A stretch of 62,881 bases of DNA, filler included, from Choristocarpus tenellus KU-1152 (GCA_964200185.2; 12 parts of 12 records of this genome joined end to end with filler, not necessarily neighbours in it), one strand, 5' to 3'; shown: positions 13,926 through 26,656, counted from the whole stretch's first letter. Notes: generated by a model not told the origin, from the sequence alone. Made by a program: numbers and translations.

Positions 13926-15864
13926 ACCGCTTAGGCCTATATTGAGGGGATGGAGAGCATGCATGTACTGAATCACAACATCAGCACCAACGACTTAGCC
14001 CACACTGTCCAAACGTACAAATGTGATGACGATGTTGCTTGCATCTTTCTTATCATGATTCCCTTTCAGGTCATCAGATGAGGAAAAAAAGGAGCATCCA
14101 ACAGGTTTTCGAGGACTCTCAGTGAGATCCGACAGTGGCGGCATTACTGAGTCTGGTCCATTTATCCTAACCAAGAGAGTCCAATCGATAGATGCGGAAA
14201 AATCTGTCAGAGATATGATGGGGAAAAAGTGAGGAGAGGAAGTACCTAGAAACTGATCCTCCTCCGTGTGAGGGGAAAATGCTCATTCATGTGAAAAACA
14301 TATCGTCAAAGTAGATGTGCACATGGTACGTTTGAATTCTTATTTTTCTGTGTACGAGGGCAATGATGAGTACAAGAGTGAACCTTCTACTTTTTTTTGT
14401 CTTTGTAATGTTATTTTTGTCGTCGTTGTCGTGATGTTTCTTTTTTTTTAAATCAAAGATGCCCTTTAACTAAAACCCCGATTGCCAAAGGGCGAGGGTA
14501 ATTAGGATGACATGATGATAGGGGAATATGGTAGATGCTGATGACTTGGATTATGTACTTAGCAAAAGCTTTCAAAAGAAAAACATTCCATAGTCTTCTA
14601 AAATGTGTCCATTGCGCAATATCCAGAAAAATGTTGCATGCGTACGTGTCGATGATGTGGGTACCTGACTGACAATTAACTAAAGAATGACATACATGTA
14701 GGCTAGCAGGGTGGCTTCATTGTACACCTTGATGTGAATGATGCATAATTTCTTGGATGTAGATCTAGTCTGTACTATAGGTGAGAATTAGCCCTAGAGT
14801 CTTGTGACATTAAAAGAAAAAAATCCGCCCTGAATTGGATTTTTGTAGTTATCCTATTAAATAACCGTACCCCAGAGTTGTGGCGATAGAGTCAGTGGGA
14901 AGGTGATGCTCTATGCCAAAGCTCAAAGCATCTTCCTATCCTTTTTTCTGGATCTATATAGAGTTGTCCGTTCATGACTGTGTGTTTTCTTGATCATTTT
15001 TTGTTGTACTTACAGGTCCGTTGTCGTAGGAATTGGCACTTGGTTCCCTTGGGAGCATCTAACAACATATTTGGGATAGGAGAAATACGAAGAAGACAAA
15101 AGCAACAAAGAAGTCACTTGCATCCTATAATAGATTATGAGTGTGGATATACAGATTATTCAGAGAAACAAGAATCAGCAAATAATAATGCAATCCAGAA
15201 AATATGTCAGAGATAACTGTATGTATGAATTTTTTATGTATCCATGTTTTGTGCAATATTGTTCTTTGTGTTAACATTTCTGCAGCATCACACGTTTATA
15301 GCACAACACCAAGCCATTTTTTTTATAAGAAAAATGTTACGGACATCATGTATTTCGTATGTACGTATTGGACACGAGTGTCACTATACACAATACTGGA
15401 AAAGATGTGACAACTCCATTATATTTCTTGTCTTGACTGTTCTGTGCATAACAAAACGCTGTCCAAGATGTGGTACTTATGTAATAATAGTGGCTTGGGG
15501 AAGATGCTTTTCCTACGATTAGTTCATTTCCTTTAGCAACCACAATCTCACGTTATCTAATGATCTGATAAAATAGTCCTGTGCACAGTCTACATTTCTC
15601 ACGCATAGAACATATGCCAATGTTGTTCTTTATATCGGGCACTCCTCTGATTTGTAAGGAGCTGGCAGGTGCAAGTAAGAATTATAGATTCATGATTATT
15701 TCATTCTATGCTGCAATGTAGCTGTTCTTGGCAACCTCCGGCCATTAAGAGATCCTGTATGGGCCTGTTCCTCATGAGGGATTCGATGAGCATCACCTCG
15801 CACACTCAATTTTCTTGCGGAAGAAGTGCTTCATAGCAAGTGTGCCTCAGTCAATATCCCACTG

Positions 15865-16045
15865 GACCAAGTAGCTGGGGGTGGGGGGTGGTCTACACCA
15901 GGGTGTCCATTTGGGCCCTGACCATCAGGAGAAGTGAACTTGCATCATCCATCCGACACATCCAACCAAATCACCAAAAAAATTGCGACATGGAAAAATG
16001 GGCCTCGAAAGGACAGCTGCCACCCCCCCCCAGATACTTTGAGTC
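15865..16045. mobile_element. MITE family A, full length
   Basis: GACCAAGTAGCTGGGGG…CCCCCAGATACTTTGAGTC; flanks ACTG/ACTC (near 4-bp TSD). Confidence 0.85.
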
Positions 16046-16682
16046 ACTCGGCAAGATTCTTGTATGCAACCCACACTTTATGTCAGCAATCTTGCTGAAA
16101 GGTGCTAATAGATGAGTAGCCTCAAAATCGAAATTTTCACCCTGAAGTGGAAATTGTGTACCGATAGAAATACGACCTTGGATAGGAGGAAGGATAATGC
16201 GATCAGCACACAGCTATAGGTAGAGAGTCAAGGGAACACATTCTTCGAGTAGGAAGAGAGGTACACACAATTACATTTTGAAAGGATGCTGATAAATGTG
16301 CGAAATTCGACTATTGTACAAATGCTAATTTAATAATATTGGACTTTTCTCAATTCGGTCGAAAATTTCTAAGGTGAAATCACCCCTCTCAAGTCAATCT
16401 TAGCACATAACAAAAAGAAATAAGCCTGAATCGCAAGAGATGAAAAATGGGGAAAAAATGCGAGTGACCCCAAACCGAGATCAGACTAAAACAAACTGAA
16501 ATCGATGCCAAATAAATTGTAAAAGAGACATGATTTTTTTGAGTCAGCACACAGAGAACCGAGCACATACTACCTCTGTGCCATAGGTTTGTGCCACGAA
16601 ACATCTGGTCTCGCCGAATTGAGAACGGTGCCGAATCGGACGATAACCCCACAGAATGAAATCGAGTTGATAATCTCAGCTT

Positions 16683-17853
16683 TCAGAAAGGTGGGGGTCG
16701 AGGACCATCAGGTACAAACTCGACGTGCTTCAAGCCGTCAAAGTAAGGGTCTTTTGGGGTAATTTTAAGGCCAGAACCGGGCACGTCGAGGGTCAGAACG
16801 TCTGCATGGCAATTCCCCTGTCGACCCTCTTCGAGTAGGAAAGATGCCCAAGTGCCCTTGAATACCAGGGTTGCGCTTGCAGTGCAGCACGCCCTCGCAA
16901 TTGTCCCTGGTGAGCATAGGCATTTTCTGTGGCTCATAAAGTTGTGATGGATGGGGAGTAATAATAGTAAATAGAGCTGGCCCTAACCAGAAACTCGTCA
17001 AGGATTCCAAAAGTTCTTTCATAAATGAATTTCATCAACATCTTCAAAAGTATGGACGACGTGGTGCAGACTTATGGCAAGGAGGTAGTATATTAAGAGG
17101 ATAACAATTGCGATATTGCTATAGCCTGAGTTCCTCAAGATGACCATGACACAATGCAGGACGTATCACTATTTGATTGTATCATTGGTGTGAAATGGGG
17201 GTGTAAGAAGTCAAAGCTCGATTGACATGCTTTGAAACGTAAGCACTCTGATATTACAGAAATGGGCGACAAGAGAGACTAAATCTCACCAGGTGACTGT
17301 TAAGGTTCAAACATATTGTCGAGACCTGATACCTGTGCTGACGAGGTTCTTCTAAATTAAATGTACTGCGAAAAGAGAATGCGGGTATGAGGGGCAAATT
17401 CCGCCAAGTAGAGTTCCAATGTGAGAAGAACAGCATCCGTAGTTGTAGACTGCGATAGTGATGGCATGTGTTGTACCTTTTCTGAGCATCCTTCTTGATG
17501 AATTCGATGCACATGGTGTGTTCGTGTAGATGTGTGGATATGTGGACTGGACAGCATTTTCCTTTTTTATCGGTAACATGAACACTGGAGAATATGTGTA
17601 TGTGTATACATGCATCTGGGTTTCCACAAATATGCGAAGGTGCTTATGGTAGGCAAAACTCATTGAAGTACCTGTCTGCCCATTAAGTGGACAGAAAGAG
17701 ATGGACCCTCAAGCCAACACTTGGCATCAATCCGCATCAGCAGTGTGGTGCTCCTCCAAGAGGTTCTCCCTGACCCCACCGCCATCAGCCGTCTGATGCA
17801 CGAAACCATAAGAATCCATTCTTGTACTTGCCCGTGATTCTTCAGGCACAGGA
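16683..17853 (-). pseudogene. Three-exon gene remnant with five premature stops and no frameshift
   Basis: Exons 17853-17672, 17481-17333 and 16906-16683 have AG/GT ends and matching phases (0-2, 2-1, 1-stop). They read SCA*RITGKYKNGFLWFRASDG*WRWGQGEPLGGAPHC*CGL…ST*WADRKGTTHAITIAVYNYGCC…HLI*KNLVSTGTIARACC…PRPPPF. The stops are TGA x3, TAA and TAG. Confidence 0.6.
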
Positions 17854-17916
17854 CTGGGAGAAGCAATGAAAAGGAGAGTCAAACTTACTTGAACCTCCTC
17901 TACGAATCAATGTTAA

Positions 17917-18050
17917 GGCTCAAAGTATCTAGGGGGGGGTGGCGGCTGTCCATTTGGGCTCAATTTTTTCATGTCGCGATTTTTGGGTGATTTGGCTGCA
18001 TACGTCGGATGGATAATGTAAATGTACTTTTCCTGATTTGGGGTTAAATG
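17917..18050. mobile_element. MITE family A, truncated by the contig end
   Basis: GGCTCAAAGTATCTAGGGGGGGGTGGCGGCTGTCCATTTGGG, near-identical to 1-157. Confidence 0.85.
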
Positions 18051-18738
18051 NNNNNNNNNNNNNNNNNNNNNNNNNNNNNNNNNNNNNNNNNNNNTTAATT
18101 AATTAANNNNNNNNNNNNNNNNNNNNNNNNNNNNNNNNNNNNNNNNNNNNCATGAAAAAATTGACCCCAAATGGACAGCCGCCACCCCCTCCCAGACACT
18201 TTGAACCAGACACAATTTTGTGCAGTTCATCGCAGAAAGAGTTCTTGCTTAATTCTGATGTCACCTTTTGTGTGGAAAGAGGGAGCATCAATTTTGTGTA
18301 CACTATTGTGCATATAAAGCAATGAAATAGAGTACATTGCACAGTTACGAAGCAGGTGCAAAATAGCTGATGTATTATTTTGCACCTACTTATCCATTGT
18401 CATCATTAGTAGTGACTACGGACAAAAAAAGATATTGATGCACACACACACACATACATGAGGACTTGCGCAAAACATCGGCACAAAAAAAATATGGCTA
18501 TCCTCTTGGCACTTCCGAGACCGAAATAATACAGTTTTGTCTTTTTAACCTACAAATTGTGTCACTAATAATATTCCCTGTCCTATACGTCTGGGCCGCA
18601 AAGTTGTAGCTCTCTTCGGGATGAACTCCGATTACAAAACGGACCTGTGGGATTCCTTGGAATAATTTACTTACAAAAACTCTGTCTTGACTTTATTCGA
18701 CACCATCAACTCCAGGGTCACTGCAGAGCCTGCTCAGT

Positions 18739-20040
18739 CTACTGTGACTGATCTAGCCAACCCACCTTCCTGCTGCCTTTTTTGTCTACCTCGAAATCGT
18801 CCCCCCCCAGCGCCCTTAACACCTGATTGTACCTCTTAAACAGAATCCTCCACACCCTCTTGAGCGTGTCTGCATCGTACTCTTGGAACATGCTTGAAAC
18901 CCCCTCTACAAATTCATCAACAGTGTTGTAATGCTCCGCCCAAACCCTGTCCACCAGATATGCAAGAAATCCAAAATCATTGATGTTGAGATCCGGCAAC
19001 TGCACTGGCTATGTCATGAGCTTAATGTTCCATCCCTCCTTCATCCCTGCTGCGTTCAGCTTCTGCACCATGCCCTCACCTGTATGCGGAGTCGTGCCGT
19101 CCTGATGTATGGAGGCCACCCCCGATTCCAGCCATGCATGGCATCTTTTGCTCGACCCCTAGCAACAGCTGCTCCGTGTACCACTTCAGGTACCACTCGG
19201 CATCAACAGTGACGTTGACCTCGTACTCCTCACCCTTTGTGTGTCACACTGTAGTCCGATGCACCTCCTTCATGATGCAAACACGCCAGATCCTGATCTT
19301 GCCTTTGAAATCACAGGAAGGATCAGGGTACGAAATGGTGGTGATGAACATCACTTTGGGAATGTGACTCTTGTGCTACACCTTTGTCAAGCCCACCTTT
19401 TCCTCCCCCTATAACATGCGCACCACCTCTCGTTCGCAGATGAGGTAGAACCACACCTCGTCGATATGAATGGTGTTGAGGCCAGTCCTGTACGTTTTGC
19501 TGTTGTTGTGGGAGATCTGCTCAAGGAGGAAGTCCACCCTGGTCTTCTTGTGAGAAAATGAAAGGCTAGGGTGATGTGCTGCTGAACCTTTGTTGCCCCC
19601 ATGGCTTCGCGCCAGCGATGAAGCTTTGAGCTGCTTGAGTGAGGCCCCGCTTTGGCAAGCTTGGTGGAAAGTTGATCGATAGACAGCGTGCGATTACTAC
19701 TGGCGTTGATTACCCGGATCTTCGCTTGTTTCGTTGACGAAGAGTCCGATGACATCCAGATGGTGCTTGAAATTTAGGGAGACGGTATCCCCACTGTCTA
19801 ACTGTTCTTTGACGCGCGCCCACACCCGTCTAGGGTGTCTCTCTCCCACTCCAAACTCTTTTTCCCATTTAAACGCCACACCCCTCAGGAGTCACTCGTG
19901 ACCTGGAGGAAGAGCCAATGCGAAACATGGAGGAAATGCGGTCTGACCTTCCTCTGTCAGCTGGCAGTTTCCCTGAGATGGTGGGCTTCGTGCTGGGGAC
20001 GATGGGCTGCGGGGTTTCTGAGAGTGTCGACTCAACACTG
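18739..20040 (-). mobile_element. Degenerate Tc1/mariner transposase of the plant/oomycete mariner type
   Basis: Motifs in order: HIDEVWFY (about 19445-19468), KSHIPKVMFI…FKGKIRIW, IHQDGTTPHTG (about 19078-19110), *PVQLPDLNINDFGF (QPPNSPDLNVLDLGF-like) and a C-terminal TLKRVW…GGDDF. Frameshifts and stops are present; TIRs were not identified. Confidence 0.88.
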
Positions 20041-22376
20041 CAACACCAACATTAAAAAATGATCCAAATATGCCCCATTCTGTGTTCCATTACTTCGGAA
20101 CCATTTCAGAACATAATTTTTCATATAATTCTTTGAAATTGAGTTTCTTAATACAAATTATTCCAAAGAATCCAACGGAAAATTCCGTTTTGTAATTGGA
20201 TAGAGAGAGTACAAGAGTAAATTTGCATGCAAAGATATCGATACTCCATGATCTAGGAGTTGCGCAAAAATGTTAGCGTGTCCCCTAGCGTGTCCCCTCC
20301 TCAGTATACTTACTTTCAAAACAACAACAACGCAGTTTTCTTTTGTCATTATAAGTCGTATTAATTGTAATAGTGCAATCTGTGGAAAGAAAGGTATCAA
20401 TACACACACCAGGGTTTGCATGAAAGTTTTGGTACCTTACAAATAGCTTTGAAGATGAAATTTCACACCTGCTCAACATGTTACTAGTCAATTTGCACTA
20501 AGTATGTCTACTCTGTGTATATGATAGAACTCGCTGGACGAAACCATTGACACGTCGCTCATCTTTGACACGACTTCCGAAACAGAAACTCTGGGGTATA
20601 TTTATTCGCACCTACAGATCGTCCAACTACCTAAACTCCTCCTAAGGATTTGTACAATAACATCGGCAGGAAGCTCTTTCTTGGAAGATACACAAAATAG
20701 ATAGATATACTTCGTATATATTTTCGCACCAAAAGACGGGTCATGTCACAGGTCAACATGCACTAAGACGTCGACACACAAGGACTTGCAAACACATTTA
20801 CACATACATACATGGTGTTTTTTTTAAGAAAAAATAGACAATGCTACCGAATGTATTGCCAGTATAATATATCTAGTAGGCCCTTGCGGTTTTACTATTT
20901 CGATGACGGAAGGAGAGAGTGCGGGATCGTACACTTTGTGCAGTACACTCATAGCGGTGTGCCATCTGACGTTCAATAACACCGTTCTCACCTCCATGCT
21001 TAGAGTAGCCCTCGAGTGAGACTATCGTCCTGCAAATCGTAAGTCTAGGAAATAGCACGCAAGGTATAAACGTACTCGGTCAAGTAGCCCGGATCTGGCC
21101 CCCTTCAGACAGGTCTGGTTGAGGCATTTACCTGGACACGGTTTTGGTGTCCTTTTTTCTCTCACATTCCTTTGAGGAAACGGCGCTGGAACTCCTTCGA
21201 GTGACAAGCGCCACCAATTGTCTCCTCCATTGCTTGCATTTCCTCATATAATTAGAGCAATTCATAGGACACTTAGCAGATCGTACAGTGATTAATCTCC
21301 TTGGCGAGAGATTTCATTATCCAACCGTTTTTTTAACCGTTTGTGTAAGAACCTATCGAACAACAAATTTTGTTGTCAAGAAATAGACGTATTACCACTA
21401 CTGTTGTTACTGAGGTTCATTTATTATACAGAACTGTCCAGAGGCATGTTGAGCTGATGATATAGTCTTGTTAAAACTCATCAGTGAAAAAAAATCTTCC
21501 AGACAGTTTTTAGAATCCAAAGTCAAATGATTTGACTCAAGAGGGTAGCTAGGTGCAATGTTGCGGGGAGAAACTATATACCCTCTCCATTTCTTCTTTT
21601 GTTCACCTAGTCCCAGGCCATAACAATAACAGCTCTTCACAACCACAGCTCATACTTGCAGGGGCCAAAGGTATGTATTGAGCCATCCTACTCTGGAGGA
21701 TAGTTTTATTGAGCATTCTGATTCCTTGTGACTGTCTTGTGGTATTTGTGTTGCTTCCTGCACTCTGGAGGGCGATTTCACACTTGGGAAGGGAGAAAGG
21801 GAAGGATTTGTTGGCATGGCAGGCGTCCTGTTTCGAGGGTCAAAGTATCTTGGGGGGGGGGGTGGTTTGTGAGNNNNNNNNNNNNNNNNNNNNNNNNNNN
21901 NNNNNNNNNNNNNNNNNTTAATTAATTAANNNNNNNNNNNNNNNNNNNNNNNNNNNNNNNNNNNNNNNNNNNNCTGGGAACAGTGTATTACCAACTGGGG
22001 ATGGCACTCAGTTCCTCCCTATAACCACAACCCCCCCCCCTTAACTTGAAGAAATGGGCGTTCAGATCAATGTCATTTTTGCCATTCTCTTTAACTATGC
22101 TTTGGTTCTGAAAAGTATGAGATAATTTTATGCTAACTGCTGCATTTGTGATGATATAGTTTGGTCAGTGCTGCTGTCCCCTACATGCTGGCGCGGCATG
22201 TTGAATTTATGAGTTGTCCCATTTTGAGCCTCCACATCCTCCCAGGGTTGTCTTTGTTCTTTTATCATATTCACTCAAGAACACACACACATCAAAGAGT
22301 CTCAGTCCAATGGTGTGCTTTTTTGTTGTAGTAATGGTACATGGTGTATACCCCTTCTGATAACATGTACACACAG

Positions 22377-23969
22377 TCCCGGAGGGCAGAGGTTGTAGGG
22401 AAGCGATCCAAGGCAAGGGTGACTGCAGCAGCCAAGGTCAAAGCTGTAAAAACTGCTGCTGGTGCTGCTGCAGTGGGGCCTGAAGCAGGCAGCAGGCCAG
22501 GCGAGCGTTTTAGTATCTACGAGGATGACTCAGGGCAGGTGTGTTGTGAGGTGACTGTTTGTGGTGGTTGTGGGGTGAATTCTGTTTGCGTATGGAAACA
22601 AGTGTGACTCCCGCTTGCTACGAATCTTTACCCCCAATTTAAATGGTGATTGGGGTGAAGGAGATAGAGGTGCACCCACAACGTCTTTTTTTTTGTAGTG
22701 GCAGAAAGAAAATACAGAGCACTCTGGGGTGTTGCAGGAGGAGGCTGTAAACAAGAGACCGCAAGTCTTTATTCCTTGTACTTGGCCTAAATATACAGTA
22801 GTGAGTACAAGAAAGTAGTGTGGTGTGGTGTATCATCTAAGTGTGTCTTACACAGGACGATCCTTGAACCAATAAGGCATCAGGTGTAATTTGAAGTATA
22901 TATTGACACTTGATGCAATGTAAAAAAAAAAGCACTGTCCTTCTCTTGACTTGCTTGTACCTGTAATGTGGTGTGTTTAGTCACTTCCTCTGTGGGGTGA
23001 TGCTTGAGCAGAAAGAAATATATTATGTTGTGAGGGGGGAATTCGTTTGTGGGTAAATTAGGCAGTGGAGACATGAAAATTACTTAAGCATTCAGCACTT
23101 GATGTGGTTACTTTTTGTCTTCTGAGGTGTAAGGTTTTATCATGCACCTGTGGGGGATTGTGGCAACTTGCGCCCTGCACAGAGGTCAGTGACATTGCCA
23201 TGTTGCTATTACAATATTAATTAATTGTGAAGGTCGGACAATTTAATACTGATGCCTGTTTATTATGTCTTGTTCCCCAACTGTGTCCATCACTGCCCCA
23301 CCCCTTCACCCCTCCCTCCTCGTACTCTGTGCCACTATCCTACTCACTCGTTGTATTCCTCAGGCGTCCCGTGTGTCAGAGGAGACTGTATCTTCAGATC
23401 ATGCCACTGGTGCCACTACTGTCAAGGGCTCAAGCACATTCCCTGCTGGTATATCAGACGTAGACCTTCTGGCCCAGCTAGCAGAGGTTGAAGAGGAGAG
23501 CATTCAGTTTGGGTCATCCCCTGGTGAGGGCCCTGTCACTTCCTTTACCAGTGGGTTTGTTGGGACTGAGAGTGGACCAGCTACGACTCCTGTTTCTGCA
23601 GTGACCCGATCTGAGCTCCCACCTGTGCCAAACAAGACTGACTTGTCTGGCTTGGGTAATGGAGAGGGCATTGAACAAAATAAACGTGAGGTGTCGGGGG
23701 GGGCAACTGGAGAGGGGGCTGGAGCTGTCGGGGGTGCTGGGTCTCTTTCAGATGAACTCAGTCAACTGGAGGAGTTGGAGAGGGAACTAGGTATCATGGC
23801 CGTTGGAGGAGTGGGGGGTGGTGTGGGAAATAAACCTTCTGGAAGGGGTGCAGGCACTGCAACTGGTGCAGTGGGGGGTGGTGATGCGGAGACATTTGAC
23901 ATGGACAATTTGGATGAGCTTGAGGGTTACCTAGAGAGTCTCACAACATTGCCCGCTAGTGGGAAGTAG
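22377..23969 (+). CDS. Last two exons of a protein of unknown function (Gly/Ser-rich disordered tail with acidic amphipathic motifs)
   Basis: Exon 22377-22538 (phase 0, AG/GT) and terminal exon 23364-23969 (202 codons including TAG). Motifs SLSDELSQLEELERELG and DMDNLDELEGYLESL are present. Confidence 0.7.
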
Positions 23970-25199
23970 TTGAAAGGGATGTGAAAATCGATGTTGGATA
24001 CAAGTATGGATTGGCTGGGGAGGTTGTGTTATTTGCTGTGGTGTTTTGCTGCTGCGTCTGAGGTGCTGTTGGTGTGCTGTGCCATGATTTCTGTTTCTCT
24101 TTCTGCTGGTCTTGTTGATCGTCCTATCTCAGGAAAAATACCTTTTCTCCTCTTTTAGTATGTGAGTTTGGATATATGTAAGTATATACTGGATTTGCTT
24201 CTATGATACTTGATGCGTACCCCATACTGGTAACATGCACTATGTCAGGATTGTATTGATGACTGGTCACCCCCAGCTTTGTGTTGAGAGCCTTGTTACA
24301 TGGTCTGGGTTGGTATCATCATTGGAGGGACTAGTATTAGGACCAAGCTGGCAGGGAATTTGAGCACATTGATTGCATCATAATAATGGGGCAGTCCTAT
24401 GTACTCAGGAACCATTCTTCTTCTGTCAAAATGTGGTGTATGTCTTAGTGTTATCACACAGTGAGAGCAATGAAAGTCTTTCTGCAGTCATAAGGGGTAG
24501 GAAGCAATGCTATGGATTGAGGCTGTCTTGCTGTTGTGCCATGCGTGAATATTTGTTGGTAGTTGTGCTGAACGCCATGAGTTACTGGTAACCTGCACAT
24601 ACATTGCAGACTGCCATTCACAAGTCTGTGAATGGAAAATGAAGCTATATGGAGTAATCATTTTTCATTTTAGAGGTGGTACGTATGTACGTAGCGGCCA
24701 AACTTCATACCAGAGGCGGCATCAACCTACACTTTGACATTATTATTGGCAATAAAAAAAAATATATATACAATGAACAGGACACAACAGACAACAGTGA
24801 GAGCTTCTAAATGCTACTAACATCAGATATGTTCTAATTTGAAAGCATTCCTTTGCATCTATAATTTGTTTGTACATGATATATGTTACGAATGACAACC
24901 AACCCGTATCACAGGAGGCTCAAAATCGTGAATGGAAACAAAGAATTTAGACTGCCACACAACAACCGACAACTAATATGTACTGCAACAACAACATGCT
25001 GCTTGGAAAGCTCTGAAGATATCGTCATGTATTAAACTAAACATAACATGTTGCTGCCATCGCAGAAGGTAGTTATTAAAATCCGCCACAACAAAAATGC
25101 GTACTCGGCTCTCAATACACACCGCCCATTCTTCAAGACGCCAATGAGGTATACTTTACTAATACGAATATCTGCCACATGATTGCTAATCTGACGTCT

Positions 25200-25560
25200 C
25201 TACTTTTTTTCCCTGGCGCCAGAATTGGGCCGAAAGTGACTGGCGGTAAACCTAACCCGCGTGTTTGCCTGCAGCGTTTGTGTAGAAGCCAAAGGTCTCT
25301 TCCGTACCGCCATACCGCTCCATCCTGTAGACGCTTGAAGGATACGTCCTTGGATGGACGTATGCAAGGGCACCCCAGTACATGCGCCTACACTGGCAGA
25401 GGCCCCTCTACCCTGCCCTGTACCGATGTTCTCCTTATCGTAATCGTACTCGTTGTCCTTGTCTTCTTTCTGCTGCTCCTCGTCCTCCTCCTTGTCGTCG
25501 CCGGTGTTGTCCTCCCTTTCGTCCCCATCCTCCCCCCCCCTCTCCTCTCCTCGTCCCTTC
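25200..25560 (-). CDS. Probable terminal exon of an unknown acidic low-complexity protein, convergent with the 22377-23969 gene
   Basis: Open frame EDGDEREDNTGDDKEEDEEQQKEDKDNEYDYDKENIG…AREKK-stop with coding-like GC content; the contig end truncates it. Confidence 0.45.
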
Positions 25561-26397
25561 AATGTAGTGTTCCGTCCCTCTCTCACAAAACCCCNNNNNN
25601 NNNNNNNNNNNNNNNNNNNNNNNNNNNNNNNNNNNNNNTTAATTAATTAANNNNNNNNNNNNNNNNNNNNNNNNNNNNNNNNNNNNNNNNNNNNACCGAA
25701 TCACACCAAAAAAATGGAAATCGAAAAAAGGGTGAAAAACGGACGCCGGCACCCCCCCCCAGATACTTTGACCCCTCTGATGATACCCATGAAGTGAATA
25801 ATCGAAGTGAGAGATTCAACATATGTGATGACATTAACATTATGGGGCCTTCTACAAGCTTCATGGTCCACATACAGCCTTATGGATTGGAGCTACACAT
25901 CCCACCATGGTAAGCTTTCAGAACATTTTTTTAATATACCTCTAAGTATTCAGCTGGTTTGGTGTTTGAAAAAAATATCAAGTGTCCCTTTTTAAAAGTC
26001 CTGACAGGTCTTGGGTTTTCTAGATCACATATGGACAGTACAGAAGGCCATACTTGATGCTCAAGGAGAATGGGAGTAGATGAACAACTTGCACTGATTT
26101 TTTATGCGACTCAAAGTCAATATTGAGTTATCAACACCCCGAGGAAGGGATCCCAGGATAATGAATCCGTCCATGTCATCTGTCTATACAAGTCATATGT
26201 AAGGGCAATTTCCTTCCTCTGAACACACTTTCCTTTTTCACCCCCCTTGCTGAACCCAAATCCGAAGGAAAAATGTTACAGGTGAGCAGCACAAGTTTTC
26301 ATCCAGTGCTTTAACGAGTGCGAGCAGTGTACGCGCTTGTGGAACCCCAAAATGGGGAATTCCGATTTGTTAAAATTTGCAGAGTAAGATCTGAAAC

Positions 26398-26656
26398 GAG
26401 CCAAAGTATCTTAGAGGGTAGGGTCGCGTCCATTTGGGGGCCAAAATCCAATGTTGCGATTTTGATTAAATTTTGGCTATCGTTTTTGTTAGGAAGTGTC
26501 AATATCCTTGTTCCGGACACACCTTTTCATAACGTATACATTTTACCTACTCCTCAACATTTTGGAGTAGGAATACGTTATAAAAAACCCCATGGCAAGC
26601 CAAGCCCCAAATGGACAAACAGGGCAAATCTCGTACCCTCTAAGATACTTTCACTC
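26398..26656. mobile_element. MITE family B, full length with a 4-bp TSD
   Basis: TIRs GAGCCAAAGTATCTTAGAGGGTA / TACCCTCTAAGATACTTTCACTC, flanked by AAAC on both sides. Confidence 0.92.

Larger units (their letters stand above)
12496..15216 (+). pseudogene. Decayed intron-containing gene of unknown function
   Basis: Exon-like 12496-12575 (VFEGGHESDENLIDEFIDSTDFDDDQ, phase-2 donor) is phase-compatible with 14070-14325, which has in-frame TGA at 14230, 14254 and 14269. A further exon-like block starts at 15017. Confidence 0.45.

Noticed and set aside
14070-17853. Genome-wide alternative genetic code or selenoprotein
   Set aside because: Conserved genes here (XPO1, TAF5) have no internal stops and TAF5 ends in TGA. 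The pseudogene stops include all three types and fit Arg/Gln contexts.
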